Of a stretch of 64,000 bases of DNA, positions 1 to 10,866 are shown one piece after another (the first letter of the stretch is position 1; the number at the start of each line of letters is the position of its first letter). This DNA comes from an uncultured candidate division Zixibacteria bacterium (lineage in GTDB: Bacteria > Zixibacteria > MSB-5A5 > GN15 > PGXB01). The stretch spans positions 2,208,001-2,272,000 of the forward strand of contig OY969724.1 of NCBI GenBank assembly GCA_963702205.1. Direction: 5' to 3'. The position numbers were made by a program, and so were the translations under genes. Below the pieces are notes generated by a model, which was not told the DNA's origin, made no database searches, and was given only the letters and a program-made list of their open reading frames with translations.

Positions 1-216
1 AAAGACCTCCGTGAACTTGCCGGTAAACAGGCCGTTGGCGTTGCTGACCCAGGTCATCTGACCTTCCTCGCCGCCGGTCCAGCTGTCGGAATAGGCCGCC
101 TGCGTGACGTTCAAGCCGAGGTCGAACGATTTTTCCCATGTTACGGCCCCGACCGATCCGACCAAATACAACGAGAAAACAAAAATCGTAGACGAAATGA
201 TCTTTGTCCGTTTCAT
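1..216 (-). CDS. DUF3078-like outer-membrane/secreted protein, N-terminal part (runs off window start)
   Basis: My translation from ATG 216: MKRTKIISSTIFVFSLYLVGSVGAVTWEKSFDLGLNVTQAAYSDSWTGGEEG...; signal peptide; QxxYSxxWxxGG motif; SD GGAGGA upstream. Confidence 0.7.
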   Translation of the reverse strand, partial: MKRTKIISSTIFVFSLYLVGSVGAVTWEKSFDLGLNVTQAAYSDSWTGGEEGQMTWVSNANGLFTGKFTEVF

Positions 217-329
217 GTAAATATCCTCCATTTTTTAATCAAAAAGCACATCGAGAAAAAGAATATCAACAATAAACTAATCCATCGGAGGCCATAAGTA
301 TGTTGTGCGGCATGTGGGATGGAAAGATA

Positions 330-358
330 TTGACTTTTAACGATAACCCGGCTAATCT
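330..358 (+). promoter_or_regulatory. sigma70-type promoter for recG, probably leaderless
   Basis: TTGACT(330-335)-17 nt-TAATCT(353-358), 6 nt before ATG 365, no SD. Confidence 0.55.
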
Positions 359-364
359 GCCTTT

Positions 365-2452
365 ATGCCGGAGTTAAATCTTGATTCCAGTCTGCAATAT
401 CTTAAGGGTGTCGGACCGCGTCGTGCGGAAATCCTGTCCAGGGTTGGGCTGAACAGCGTCCGGGACCTGCTTTACTATATTCCGAGGGCGTATCTGGACC
501 GCAGTAATATAATCGATATCGGAGAAATAAAGGCCAATACCGATGTTACTCTGATTGGGCGCGTCTATACGACTGGCATATTGAAGGGCCGCCGCCAGCG
601 GTTCGAAGTAGTGATTGGCGATGATACGGGATATATCGCGCTCATCTGGTTTTCCGGTTTTCAGTACCTCCAGAAGATGATTAAAAAAGGCGACATTTTC
701 GCGGTCACCGGACGGGTGACATATTTCATGCAGCATCAGATAGTGCACCCCGAAATGGAACGAATCGAGGATGAAGACAGCCGATTGATTCATACGGGCC
801 GTATCGTTCCGGTATATCCGTCGACGGGTGAATTGAAAAAGGGGGGCGTGACCGGCCGGATGATGCGTCAACTGATATCGGCCGTGCTCTCGACGGTCGG
901 GACGAAAATCGATGATTATCTTCCTTCGGAATGGGCGTCTCGATATTCTTTTCCGGAACTGCCCGAAGCTCTTCGACAAATACATTATCCCGATTCAATG
1001 GATACACGCGACCGGGCCCGACAGCGTCTGGCGTTTGATGAATTGCTGGAATTGCAATATATAATATTAGGCGCAAGAAAATCCTTCAAAGAGATAGAAA
1101 AAAAACATCAGTACATTAAGAAGCATACAAAGCCCGGCCAATTGGTTAAGCGGCTTCCGTTCCGGCTTACCGACGATCAGAAAAAAACTCTTGAGGATAT
1201 TTTCGCCGATTTGCGCTCGTCGAAACCGATGCATCGGCTGGTGCACGGTGACGTCGGCTGCGGCAAGACGGTGGTGGCGATATTGTCCGCCGTATTTTGC
1301 ATGGAAAGCGGGTTGCAGTGCGCCTTCATGGCTCCCACGGAGCTTCTGGCCGAGCAGCATTTTCAGAAATGGCAGGAACCGCTGGAGAAAGTCGGGATTA
1401 CATGCGCCCTGGTGACCGGGTCGGTCCCGAAAAGGGAGCGAAATGCTCTCGACAAAAAGATAGCCGCCGGGGAAATCGATCTGGTTTTTGGAACGCACGC
1501 AATTATATCCGCGCCGCTCGAATTCAAGAATCTCGGACTGGTCATAATCGACGAGCAGCATCGCTTCGGTGTAATGCAGAGAGGGCGGCTGGTGGGCAAG
1601 GGGAGCGATCCCGACGTGCTGGTCATGAGCGCCACGCCGATACCGCGCACGCTGGCGTTGACTCTGTACGGCGACCTCGATATCAGTTCCATCAAATCAT
1701 TGCCGCCGGGGCGACAGCCGACCAGGACGGTCTGGCGCAGCGCCGATTCGCGGGGGGATATGTACAAATTTCTGAAAGGCCGCGTGAAAGAGGGCGAGCA
1801 GGTTTTTATAATCTACCCGCTGGTCGAAAAATCCGAAAAGCTCGATTTACAGGCCGCCGAAGAAGAGTACAAAAGCCTGAAAGAAAAAGTGTTCAAAGAA
1901 TTCCGGGTCGGGATAGTCCACGGTCGCACCAAAAGGGACCAGCGCGAAAAAGTAATTCGGGACTTTAGAAATCGTAAGGTCGACATACTGGTGGCGACGA
2001 CTGTTATCGAAGTCGGTCTGGATATTCCCTCGGCGACGATTATGATAATCGAGCACGCCGAACGGTTCGGCCTGTCGCAGCTGCATCAGCTGCGCGGAAG
2101 GGTAGGACGCGGCGTAACGCCCGGGCTGGTGGTCGCGGTGGCGGTGCCACCGTTGAGTCAGATAGCACGGAAACGACTCGAATTGTTTGCATCGTGCAGC
2201 GACGGATTCAAAATAGCCGAAGCGGATCTTGAACTGCGCGGACCCGGGGAATTTTTCGGAACCCGCCAGCATGGACTGCCGGAACTTAAAATTGCCAATC
2301 TGGCGATTGATGCCGACATGCTTCCGACCGCCCGGGAGATATTGACCGATCTTTTTGACGCCAATAAACCGCTTGACAAAGACCACCGGCGTATCTTAAG
2401 CTATTTAAAACGGCGCGCGGCCGACAGACGCAGCTGGGGACGGTTCGGATAG
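365..2452 (+). CDS. recG: ATP-dependent DNA helicase RecG
   Basis: LKGVGP N-terminus, wedge OB fold, GDVGCGKT, DEQHRFG, QLRGRVGRG, DLELRGPGEFFGTRQHG. Confidence 0.97.
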   Translation: MPELNLDSSLQYLKGVGPRRAEILSRVGLNSVRDLLYYIPRAYLDRSNIIDIGEIKANTDVTLIGRVYTTGILKGRRQRFEVVIGDDTGYIALIWFSGFQYLQKMIKKGDIFAVTGRVTYFMQHQIVHPEMERIEDEDSRLIHTGRIVPVYPSTGELKKGGVTGRMMRQLISAVLSTVGTKIDDYLPSEWASRYSFPELPEALRQIHYPDSMDTRDRARQRLAFDELLELQYIILGARKSFKEIEKKHQYIKKHTKPGQLVKRLPFRLTDDQKKTLEDIFADLRSSKPMHRLVHGDVGCGKTVVAILSAVFCMESGLQCAFMAPTELLAEQHFQKWQEPLEKVGITCALVTGSVPKRERNALDKKIAAGEIDLVFGTHAIISAPLEFKNLGLVIIDEQHRFGVMQRGRLVGKGSDPDVLVMSATPIPRTLALTLYGDLDISSIKSLPPGRQPTRTVWRSADSRGDMYKFLKGRVKEGEQVFIIYPLVEKSEKLDLQAAEEEYKSLKEKVFKEFRVGIVHGRTKRDQREKVIRDFRNRKVDILVATTVIEVGLDIPSATIMIIEHAERFGLSQLHQLRGRVGRGVTPGLVVAVAVPPLSQIARKRLELFASCSDGFKIAEADLELRGPGEFFGTRQHGLPELKIANLAIDADMLPTAREILTDLFDANKPLDKDHRRILSYLKRRAADRRSWGRFG

Positions 2453-2494
2453 GCTGCAGTATAAGGAATATAAGTGTAAATTCGGAGTAAACCG

Positions 2495-2863
2495 ATGACC
2501 GATGAATTAGGCAAAAACATAGATATCCATTTTTTCACACTGGTGACCTCCCTGCAGGCGGCCGCCTGGCAGCAGTTGGGCAAGATCGCTTCGCCAATAA
2601 CCGGCCAGGTCGAGCGAAACCTCCCTCAGGCGCAACTCACCATAGATATGCTCAATATGATTGCCGAGAAATCAAAAGGCAATCTGACCGATGAAGAAAC
2701 CCGTATGGTTTCCGGGATTTTATATGAACTGCGTATGAATTATGTCGATGAATCAAATAAGCCCGATTCCGACGCGCAGGGAGAAAACAAGGAACCCGGG
2801 GCCGGGAATTCCGGTACGGTAAACGAATCGGAAAATGACAAAACCGAGAGCCCGGGAAATTAG
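2495..2863 (+). CDS. DUF1844 family protein
   Basis: AWQQLGKI...AQLTIDML...KSKGNLTDEE...ELRMNYV pattern; SD GGAG. Confidence 0.8.
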   Translation: MTDELGKNIDIHFFTLVTSLQAAAWQQLGKIASPITGQVERNLPQAQLTIDMLNMIAEKSKGNLTDEETRMVSGILYELRMNYVDESNKPDSDAQGENKEPGAGNSGTVNESENDKTESPGN

Positions 2864-2960
2864 TTTATAGAGACCTCGAATTTCTGTCTTACAGCCTCAT
2901 AAATTGGCTTTATTATTGCATTTTCTGTGATGAACAGTATATTTTATAGCTAGGGTAGAC

Positions 2961-3899
2961 ATGGAAAAATTACTGGTGACCGACAAAATTCAAATGGAAT
3001 TCGAAAAACGTTTCGGTGATAGTGTAAAGATAAATCATCCTCTGGATTTATATTGCACGTTTGGAACCGGGGGAAACGCGAAAATATTCGCCGAGGTTCA
3101 TTCCGCCGACGATATAGTTGCGCTGATTAAAGCCGCAGCGGAGACAAATATCAATGTCTTTATGGTCGGAGGCGGTTCCAACCTGTTGATTTCGGATTCG
3201 GGATACGACGGCTTGATTTTAAAGAATTCGATCATGGGTTTGGAAAAACTGGATGAAAGCATTGTAAGCGGGGCCGGAGAGGAACTTCAGTCATTGATTG
3301 ATTTTGCCGCCGCCGGCGCTCTTTCCGGTCTGGAATTTGCTACAGGTATATATGGGACAGTGGGTGGAGCTATATTTGGAAATGCCGGAGCCTACGGTTC
3401 AGAGACCGGGAGCGTTCTGGAATGGGCGGAACTTGTTGATAGACAGGGTAATATACGAACGGAAGAAGCGACCTACTTCGAATTCGCCTATCGCTGGTCA
3501 AAGCTAAAGACCACGGGAGAATTCATTACAAAGGCAAAATTTGCACTGAAATCGGGCAATGAAGAGGCAATTCGAAGCAAAATGATTGAAGTTATGTCTC
3601 AACGCGAGTGTAAATTACCGATGAAGAAGAAAACCGCCGGTTGTTTTTTCAAAAATATTCCCGACCCAAGCCAGCCGTTTGGGAAACTTCCGGCCGGGCA
3701 GCTGCTCGATGAAGTCGGAGCCAAGTCCATCTATGTGGGGGGCGCCAGGGTATTTGAAAAGCATGCCAATATTATTATAAATGACGGAACCGCCAATTCG
3801 AATGACATCAGACTCCTGGCCGACCGCCTTAAAAAGCTGGTGCGGGCCAAATTCGGAGTCGAGCTTAAAGAAGAAATCACTCGGCTGGGTAAATTTTGA
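2961..3899 (+). CDS. murB: UDP-N-acetylenolpyruvoylglucosamine reductase
   Basis: GGGSNLL, GTVGGAIFGNAGAYG, AGCFFKN, HANIIIN. Confidence 0.95.
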   Translation: MEKLLVTDKIQMEFEKRFGDSVKINHPLDLYCTFGTGGNAKIFAEVHSADDIVALIKAAAETNINVFMVGGGSNLLISDSGYDGLILKNSIMGLEKLDESIVSGAGEELQSLIDFAAAGALSGLEFATGIYGTVGGAIFGNAGAYGSETGSVLEWAELVDRQGNIRTEEATYFEFAYRWSKLKTTGEFITKAKFALKSGNEEAIRSKMIEVMSQRECKLPMKKKTAGCFFKNIPDPSQPFGKLPAGQLLDEVGAKSIYVGGARVFEKHANIIINDGTANSNDIRLLADRLKKLVRAKFGVELKEEITRLGKF

Positions 3900-3966
3900 A
3901 AGGAGAGGTTATCGAAAGATTTTTCTAAAGATTTAAAATAAACCGAACCAAATTTTCGGTACAGAG

Positions 3967-6900
3967 CTGAACAGGAAACTCATATATTTATTCGCAACCG
4001 CTGTTCTTCTTTTAACGGCCGGTTCCATAAAGGCTGGATGCGGAGTCCAGGCCAAACTCGAAAATCCGCCGGGTTATATTTCCCCTTATCCTTCCGAGGG
4101 TATCGACCCGGTTGTTTCAATGGACATAGTAAATCCCCCGCAACTTCGGATGATTTATCATACTCGTCCGGATGTGATCGATTCGGATTATGAAACGGGT
4201 ACGATCGTTCTTAATTCCAGTTATTACAAGCACGGTCCTTTCGAATATGATTATACCCCTCGAGCCGTCGACGCCCGGTCTTTCGCCGATTATCGGGTAA
4301 GGGTCGGTATTGAACGCCGCCGTAACGATTTTAAGACGCAAACGCTTCAGAAAAGCCAGCGGGACAGGGGCGGCGGTCTTGTGAATCTTCGTATACCCAT
4401 AAAATCCAGAACCGTGGAATCTCTTTTCGGTGAAGGCGGCGCCGGAATCAAGGTTTCGGGATATCACCGGATAAATTTCTCGGGTCGTTCCACGTGGACC
4501 GACCAGGCCAGCACGTCGACCTACAAGCAGAGCAAATTTCCGTCCCTGAACATGGAGCAGGAATCGCGCTTCGATATCAACGGTACTATCGGAACCAAGA
4601 TTTCGGTTTCGGTCTCGCAGGATTCCAAGACCGATATTCCGCTCGCCAATCGCATTATGCTGCGCTACAAAGGCGATGAAGACGACATTATCAAAACCAT
4701 CGAAGCCGGGAATACGACGCTTTCTTTGCCGAATACGCAGTTTGTCGGTTATTCGTCGCGCATACAGGGCTTGTTCGGAATAAAGACAACCGCTCAAATC
4801 GGAGCCCTGGAACTGACTGCCATTGCCAGTCAGGAAAAAGGGACAACGGAACGCACTTCGATCTCGGCCGGCGCCAGCGCCAGCAAAAGCTATATTCGGG
4901 ATTATAATTACGTACAAGGGCGCATTTACGATCTGGGCCGACTGCCCAACTTGCGCGGCATTACATACGATAAGTATGATTTTAATCCCGGAGATTCCAT
5001 CGTTTATATCGAAATCTATAGAGCGGTGAAGACTAATGTTTCACCGCCTGAAGCGGGGTCCGCGCTGGCGAATTTTTATGTCGACCCCATAAACGATGAC
5101 ACCGTCTATAGTCAAACCAACGTGGTCCCGATAGATTGTGATTATTATGTGCAGGCCCGCGAGCACTGGGTTTTGTTCGACCAGGCCTACGCTGGATCGC
5201 AGGCGGAGATCGGTGTATACATGATTGTCAAAAAGGTAAACGGGGGTATCGATACTATCGGCAGCATTGGCGACACGCTCAAACTTAAAATGATCCGTTC
5301 CAAATCTCCTATTTCAACCAGCCCTACCTGGGATTATATGTGGCGAAACGTGTACTATTTAATGCAGAATAATATCGATCTGGACGGACTCGAAATCAAC
5401 GTTTACAAAGGCGGAGCCAATACGGAACAAACCGGAGATAACGTGGATCACCAAAATGGCGTTAGGTATATCAATATTCTCGGTCTGGATCGTCTGGATC
5501 AAAGCGGGAATTTAAAGCCGGATGGTCTCGTTGACGTGAAAACTAATCTGATCGACGCCACCAGGGGATTCCTGATTTTTCCCGATAGAAAACCATTTGA
5601 CCTGGATACAAGCTGGACCGGGATTCCAAATGATACTTTGGAAGTAAAGGTTCCGCAGATTTACAGCAGTGGGACAGGGTCGAACGGACCAGTTGAGAAC
5701 AGTACGTATTATATCGAAGTCTCCAATAAAAGCCGTGCTTCAGAGGTTCGTTTGGGCAAGGCCAATATTATCGAGGGATCGGAACGCATAACTCTGAATG
5801 GCGCCGAACTTCAAAGGGGCACCGATTACAATATCAACTATGATTTCGGGCAGGTCACGTTTCTTTCGGCCGATGCCCTCGATCCCAATGCCAACCTGAA
5901 CATAGATTTCGAATATGCACCTTTCATCGCGGCTCAGAAAAAGACTCTGTTCGGTGTCCGTGGCGAATATGCCTTCAGTAACGACCTGCACGTCGGGTCG
6001 ACATTTTTATACAAGTCTGATAAAGCAACCGCGCGAAAGCCAAAAATCGGGCAGGAGACGGCCAAGACGATTGTCTGGGATGCGGATGTCAGCTTCAAGA
6101 CGAAAACGAACTTGTTCACCACGCTTGCCAATGCTCTGCCTTTCCATAAAACCGATGTGGAGTCAAACCTTGCGTTTTCGGCCGAATTCGCACAGTCCAT
6201 TCCCAATCCCAACGTCGATGGCGTGGCTTATGTCGATGATTTCGAGGGTGCCCGGGATGCATACTCCCTGAGCGTATTCCGAGAGTCGTGGTCTTACAGT
6301 TCAAGACCCCAGCCTTTGACGGATATACACAGGCGGGCCCGCCTGGCATGGTACAACCCATACGATCAAGTATTGACGACTGACATCTGGAATCGTGACG
6401 AACCCACCAGCGGGAGCCGAACCAATGTGCTTTCCCTGGAGTATTATCCGGAGATAAAAGATCTTCGCATCAGCGACGTCAATGAAGATACGGCCAGCCA
6501 TGTGCCTGAGAATCCTGATCTTTCGTGGGCGGGAATAATACGGACTCTCACAGGCGGAGCCACCAATCAGGAAGAAGCACAATTGCTTGAAATTCGTCTC
6601 AAGGGCGCAAAAGGCATCATACATATAGACATGGGCGAAATCTCTGAAGACGTTGACGGCAATGGTGCTCTTACCACCGAAGACAAGAAAGGCGCCAATG
6701 ATATTTATAACGGTATTCTGGATCCCGGTGAAGATGTTGGTCTGGATTTAATTCCGGACGCGGATGAACCCGGATATGATTCAGATACGCTTCCCGATCC
6801 CCATGGCGACGACTGGTATTATAACGGGGTTGGCGATGGTTGTAACGGGTGCGGTAAAGACGATTACTCGCATATTAATGGAACCGAAGGAAACTACCTT

Positions 6901-9891
6901 GATCCCGGCACCTATGGTCATCCGGATTCTGAAAACGAAAACAACGGACAGGGCCTGAATACGAAAAATGACTATTTTTCTTACCGACTGGACCTGGCGA
7001 GCGACCGATTTTTCGTGGAAGGTTCCGAATTGAACGGCTGGCGGAGTTATCGTATTCCTCTTCGCAACATAGAGGCCCTTGACGAGCAGGTTGGCACTCC
7101 GAATTGGCAGGCAATTGACTATGTTCGTATATGGCTGGAATCCCCGACCGGTGAGGCGTTTAAGATTCAAATAGCCGCTCTGGATTTGATTCAGTCCAAC
7201 TGGGGAGACACCGTCTTATACGCCGATTCGTTGAACAGCACGACAACTTTCAACGTCGCCGTGATCAACAATCAGGAAAATTCGTCGATCTATAAATCAC
7301 CTCCCGGGGTCGAAGGCTATTACGATCAATCCACCCAGACCCGTGAACCGGAGCAATCGCTGCTGCTTCATTTTGACAGTCTGACGGCCGGCGACGTTTG
7401 TCTGGCTGAAAGAAATCTTTTTGAAGCCAACAATTATATGGGCTATCGAACATTGAAGATGTTCGTCAACACGCCGACCGAGGATCTTCCCGAAAATGGC
7501 ATAATCTATTCTTTCCGTCTCGGTCAGGACCGTAATAACTATTACGCCTTTCAGGATACGCTGCATCCCGGTGTGCCCGGTGAGGAATGGCTGCAAAACG
7601 AGGTCGATATAGATTTCAACGAAATAACCGGCCTGAAGGAATATATGCTGGAGGACCGCGTCCTGCATCCCGAGGTGCCCAAAGATACGATTGCCGGAAA
7701 TTATAGAGTAGTCGGCAGTCCGACGATTACAACGGTAAAATACCTGGCTTTATCGGTCGTCAACGTTGACTCTACCAGGACTCCGACCGGTGATATCTGG
7801 TTCGACGAGCTTCAACTGGGTGACGTTCGTAAAGATATGGGGATTGCATTCAGAGCCTCGGCCAGCGGTAATTTTGCCGACCTGTTTAACTATTCCGTGG
7901 GATATACCCATAAAAATCCGTTTTTCCGGGGTCTTTCGAATTCGACCCGGGGCGGCTCGCAGGACAATCTGGGCAGCGGAAAATCATCCACTTCGTACAA
8001 TGTCAGCATTACCATGAGTCTTGACAGGTTTTTCCCGAAATCACTGGGAGCCAAATTACCGATGTCATTGCGATATTCAAAAAGCCTGGATGTTCCTCAG
8101 TTGCGTTTTAATACCGACATAATTTTGCCGGATGAGCTCAGGAATAATGAACGCACGGAAAACGTCTCAAAAGGTTTGACTTTGTCCGAAGGATTCAGCA
8201 AAAAGACGAGAAACCCATTGTTTACGTTACTGCTCAACAATCTGAAGACAACTTTTTCATACAACCGTTCTGAGGGCCAGTCGCCGGCGGCGCCGATTTC
8301 CTTTGGAGAAAGCTACCGTTTGAACGGACAATACAACTTGACCTTCCCGAAAGTGCCGAATCTTAAGCCATTCTTCTGGACAAAACCCGTTCCGATGTTA
8401 AACAGGCTCGACCAGACGAAATTCTACCTGTTCCCTGGATCCTGGAGTTTTAACGGCAATTTCAATCGAAGTTTCCGGCTATCTGAAAATACCAACAATA
8501 TCAGGACCAGCAGCCTGCAAAGGGATTTTCAGGGGCGCATGTCAACCACTTATCGGATATCGGACAATCTCTCGGCCAATTACAATATGGATACGAAACG
8601 CGATTTGTACGATCAGGACCTGGTGAAATTCAGCTTCAATCCGAAAAAATTCAGGTTCGGCCGTGAAACGAGTTACAATCAGAGTCTTAACCTGACTTAT
8701 TCGCCCACACTGTTTGAGTTTCTTTCTCACAAATTCAGCTATGGTGTCAACTATCGTGAAAACCTTAATGTCCGAGACAGTACCTATGACGTCGGGGCCA
8801 GCAAAAATTACGGTGTCAGCGGCAGTCTCGACCTACAAAAGTTGTTCGTAAAGGGGAAAAAGAGGGGGCGGTCGACCCCGAGCGGTGCCGATCGACACCG
8901 TGCCAAGTCGGTAACCGAAGAGAGTGAACCATTTCTGTCCAAAGTGGCTGGGCCGGTGGCCAGGCTGCTGGGCTCCCTGACGGGCTGGATTGATCCCATC
9001 GGTTATGATTACAATGAAAAATTCAATTACACTTATATAGGCATGGTTGGTCGCGCCTCCTGGGCATATCGCCTGGGTCTTACGGACAATACCGGGACAG
9101 CTATCAGAACGGATGTATCCTCGATCGGTAAATCCAATGCCATTAATAAAAATACAGGATACTCACTGAGATCGGGAACCAATCTGTTCGGCGGACTCAA
9201 GCTCGATGTAACGTACAGTCGAAAAATAAACGAAGATATCGAAAGAAGTGTTAACCCACAGAAAAATGTCTCCACCACGTTTCCCGATATTCGCTTTTCG
9301 ATCAAACCGATGCGGACATTCCAATTTTTCAACCCCCTGATCAAGAAGTTTCAACCGAGAACGGGTTTTACTCGCACGACCAGTCAGAATTTTAATCTTA
9401 AACCATATCAGAAGACTTCGGAGACAATTACCACGGCCCAGCGGCCGCTTCTGGCTTTTAGTTTTAATTTGCTGCACGGCATGCAGATAAATTTCAGCTC
9501 TGACCGCTCGGTCACGGAGACAAAAACCTACACTCTGGAAAACAAACAACGAACTATAAGCAAAACAATGCGGGTTTCGACCAATTACTCATTTTCGGCC
9601 CCGACCGGATTCAAATTCCCCATATTCGGACGTTTAAGGTTTAAATCCACTATGTCCATTGCGGTCGATGTTTCCAAGCAGGACGACAGAACTGAACAGG
9701 CTAAGTTTGGATTCCCTTACGGTCCCAGTTCGGAACGAAGCAATCTTACCATCACGCCCACGATTTCTTATTCATTTTCAAGCCAAATAAAAGGTGGCTT
9801 GAGCGGGCGCTGGCAGGACACGAACGACAAATCCCAGGGCCGAAAGACATATACCCGTGAACTGCGCATCTATGTTGATATCAGATTTTAG
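3967..9891 (+). CDS. sprA: Cell-surface protein SprA/Sov, type IX secretion outer-membrane translocon homolog (~1970 aa)
   Basis: YKGDEDDIIKTIEAGNTTLSLP, GLFGIKT, GSERITLNGAELQRGTDYNINYDFG, AYVDDFEG, GEISED, EDVGLD, INGTEGN, IWFDEL; C-terminal F. Frame is open upstream of ATG 4120 to a CTG at 3967 that gives a signal peptide (LNRKLIYLFATAVLLLTAGSIKA). Confidence 0.88.
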   Translation: MNRKLIYLFATAVLLLTAGSIKAGCGVQAKLENPPGYISPYPSEGIDPVVSMDIVNPPQLRMIYHTRPDVIDSDYETGTIVLNSSYYKHGPFEYDYTPRAVDARSFADYRVRVGIERRRNDFKTQTLQKSQRDRGGGLVNLRIPIKSRTVESLFGEGGAGIKVSGYHRINFSGRSTWTDQASTSTYKQSKFPSLNMEQESRFDINGTIGTKISVSVSQDSKTDIPLANRIMLRYKGDEDDIIKTIEAGNTTLSLPNTQFVGYSSRIQGLFGIKTTAQIGALELTAIASQEKGTTERTSISAGASASKSYIRDYNYVQGRIYDLGRLPNLRGITYDKYDFNPGDSIVYIEIYRAVKTNVSPPEAGSALANFYVDPINDDTVYSQTNVVPIDCDYYVQAREHWVLFDQAYAGSQAEIGVYMIVKKVNGGIDTIGSIGDTLKLKMIRSKSPISTSPTWDYMWRNVYYLMQNNIDLDGLEINVYKGGANTEQTGDNVDHQNGVRYINILGLDRLDQSGNLKPDGLVDVKTNLIDATRGFLIFPDRKPFDLDTSWTGIPNDTLEVKVPQIYSSGTGSNGPVENSTYYIEVSNKSRASEVRLGKANIIEGSERITLNGAELQRGTDYNINYDFGQVTFLSADALDPNANLNIDFEYAPFIAAQKKTLFGVRGEYAFSNDLHVGSTFLYKSDKATARKPKIGQETAKTIVWDADVSFKTKTNLFTTLANALPFHKTDVESNLAFSAEFAQSIPNPNVDGVAYVDDFEGARDAYSLSVFRESWSYSSRPQPLTDIHRRARLAWYNPYDQVLTTDIWNRDEPTSGSRTNVLSLEYYPEIKDLRISDVNEDTASHVPENPDLSWAGIIRTLTGGATNQEEAQLLEIRLKGAKGIIHIDMGEISEDVDGNGALTTEDKKGANDIYNGILDPGEDVGLDLIPDADEPGYDSDTLPDPHGDDWYYNGVGDGCNGCGKDDYSHINGTEGNYLDPGTYGHPDSENENNGQGLNTKNDYFSYRLDLASDRFFVEGSELNGWRSYRIPLRNIEALDEQVGTPNWQAIDYVRIWLESPTGEAFKIQIAALDLIQSNWGDTVLYADSLNSTTTFNVAVINNQENSSIYKSPPGVEGYYDQSTQTREPEQSLLLHFDSLTAGDVCLAERNLFEANNYMGYRTLKMFVNTPTEDLPENGIIYSFRLGQDRNNYYAFQDTLHPGVPGEEWLQNEVDIDFNEITGLKEYMLEDRVLHPEVPKDTIAGNYRVVGSPTITTVKYLALSVVNVDSTRTPTGDIWFDELQLGDVRKDMGIAFRASASGNFADLFNYSVGYTHKNPFFRGLSNSTRGGSQDNLGSGKSSTSYNVSITMSLDRFFPKSLGAKLPMSLRYSKSLDVPQLRFNTDIILPDELRNNERTENVSKGLTLSEGFSKKTRNPLFTLLLNNLKTTFSYNRSEGQSPAAPISFGESYRLNGQYNLTFPKVPNLKPFFWTKPVPMLNRLDQTKFYLFPGSWSFNGNFNRSFRLSENTNNIRTSSLQRDFQGRMSTTYRISDNLSANYNMDTKRDLYDQDLVKFSFNPKKFRFGRETSYNQSLNLTYSPTLFEFLSHKFSYGVNYRENLNVRDSTYDVGASKNYGVSGSLDLQKLFVKGKKRGRSTPSGADRHRAKSVTEESEPFLSKVAGPVARLLGSLTGWIDPIGYDYNEKFNYTYIGMVGRASWAYRLGLTDNTGTAIRTDVSSIGKSNAINKNTGYSLRSGTNLFGGLKLDVTYSRKINEDIERSVNPQKNVSTTFPDIRFSIKPMRTFQFFNPLIKKFQPRTGFTRTTSQNFNLKPYQKTSETITTAQRPLLAFSFNLLHGMQINFSSDRSVTETKTYTLENKQRTISKTMRVSTNYSFSAPTGFKFPIFGRLRFKSTMSIAVDVSKQDDRTEQAKFGFPYGPSSERSNLTITPTISYSFSSQIKGGLSGRWQDTNDKSQGRKTYTRELRIYVDIRF

Positions 9892-9940
9892 CCGAATATT
9901 TATTTGACATTTCGTGCACATCGCACTTCTTTATGCCATC

Positions 9941-10864
9941 ATGATTCTGCGAAAGTTCTTGAAAGCGACGGTCATCGGGCTGGCGGTTACTCTTCTGCTG
10001 GCTTGTTCGAAACCTAATGTCGTTGTCCCCGAATTCGACGGACCGCGCGCCTTCAGCTATATCGAAAAACAGGTGTCGTTCGGTCCCAGAGTGCCCGGAA
10101 CGGAGAATTCCGTAAAATGCCGTGAGTATTTTATGAAGTTTTTTGACAGTCTGGGGTTTGCGGTGGATACCATGATCTTCATCCACGACGCCAAAGCCAC
10201 CGGCAAACCCGTGGTGATGGAGAACCTGATCGTACACGTCCCCGGCAGCGACGGTCCCGATGCCCCTCGGTATCTGCTGGCGGCGCATTATGACAGCCGC
10301 CCGCGCGCCGAGTACGACGCCGATTCGACCAAACGCGATACCCCGATTGACGGTGCCGATGACGGAGCTTCGGGCGTGGCGGTACTTATGGAGCTGGCGA
10401 ACCTGTTCGCAAAGCAGAACCCCCGCGTCAATATCGACCTCGCTTTGCTCGATGGCGAAGATTTCGGTCAACCGCACGATGTAAGTGAATATTTCCTCGG
10501 TGCCCGCGAGCTTGCCAGGAGAGGCTGGACCGACAGATACAAATTCGCACTGGTGATAGATATGGTTGGTGATAAGGACTTGCATATATATCGCGAAGGT
10601 TATTCCGATCAATATTCGACCAAAATAAACGATCTGTTCTGGAAAACGGCGGCGGAACTCGGCGAAACCGCTTTTGTCGATTCAGTCAAATACGAAATAC
10701 AGGACGATCATTTGTCTTTCATGACCCGCAATCTGCCGTCGGCAGTAATTATTGACTTCGATTACACTTATTGGCATACGACCCATGATACCCCGGACAA
10801 ATGTTCCCCGGAATCGCTGGCGGCCGTTGGGCGGGTCGTGGCAACCGTGATGTACAGGCTTTAG
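9941..10864 (+). CDS. M28 family Zn enzyme, glutaminyl-peptide cyclotransferase-like lipoprotein
   Basis: Lipobox LLAC; FGPRVPG, AHYDSRP, GADDGASG, DGED, DMVG, DDH, WHT motifs. Confidence 0.8.
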   Translation: MILRKFLKATVIGLAVTLLLACSKPNVVVPEFDGPRAFSYIEKQVSFGPRVPGTENSVKCREYFMKFFDSLGFAVDTMIFIHDAKATGKPVVMENLIVHVPGSDGPDAPRYLLAAHYDSRPRAEYDADSTKRDTPIDGADDGASGVAVLMELANLFAKQNPRVNIDLALLDGEDFGQPHDVSEYFLGARELARRGWTDRYKFALVIDMVGDKDLHIYREGYSDQYSTKINDLFWKTAAELGETAFVDSVKYEIQDDHLSFMTRNLPSAVIIDFDYTYWHTTHDTPDKCSPESLAAVGRVVATVMYRL

Positions 10865-10866
10865 AT

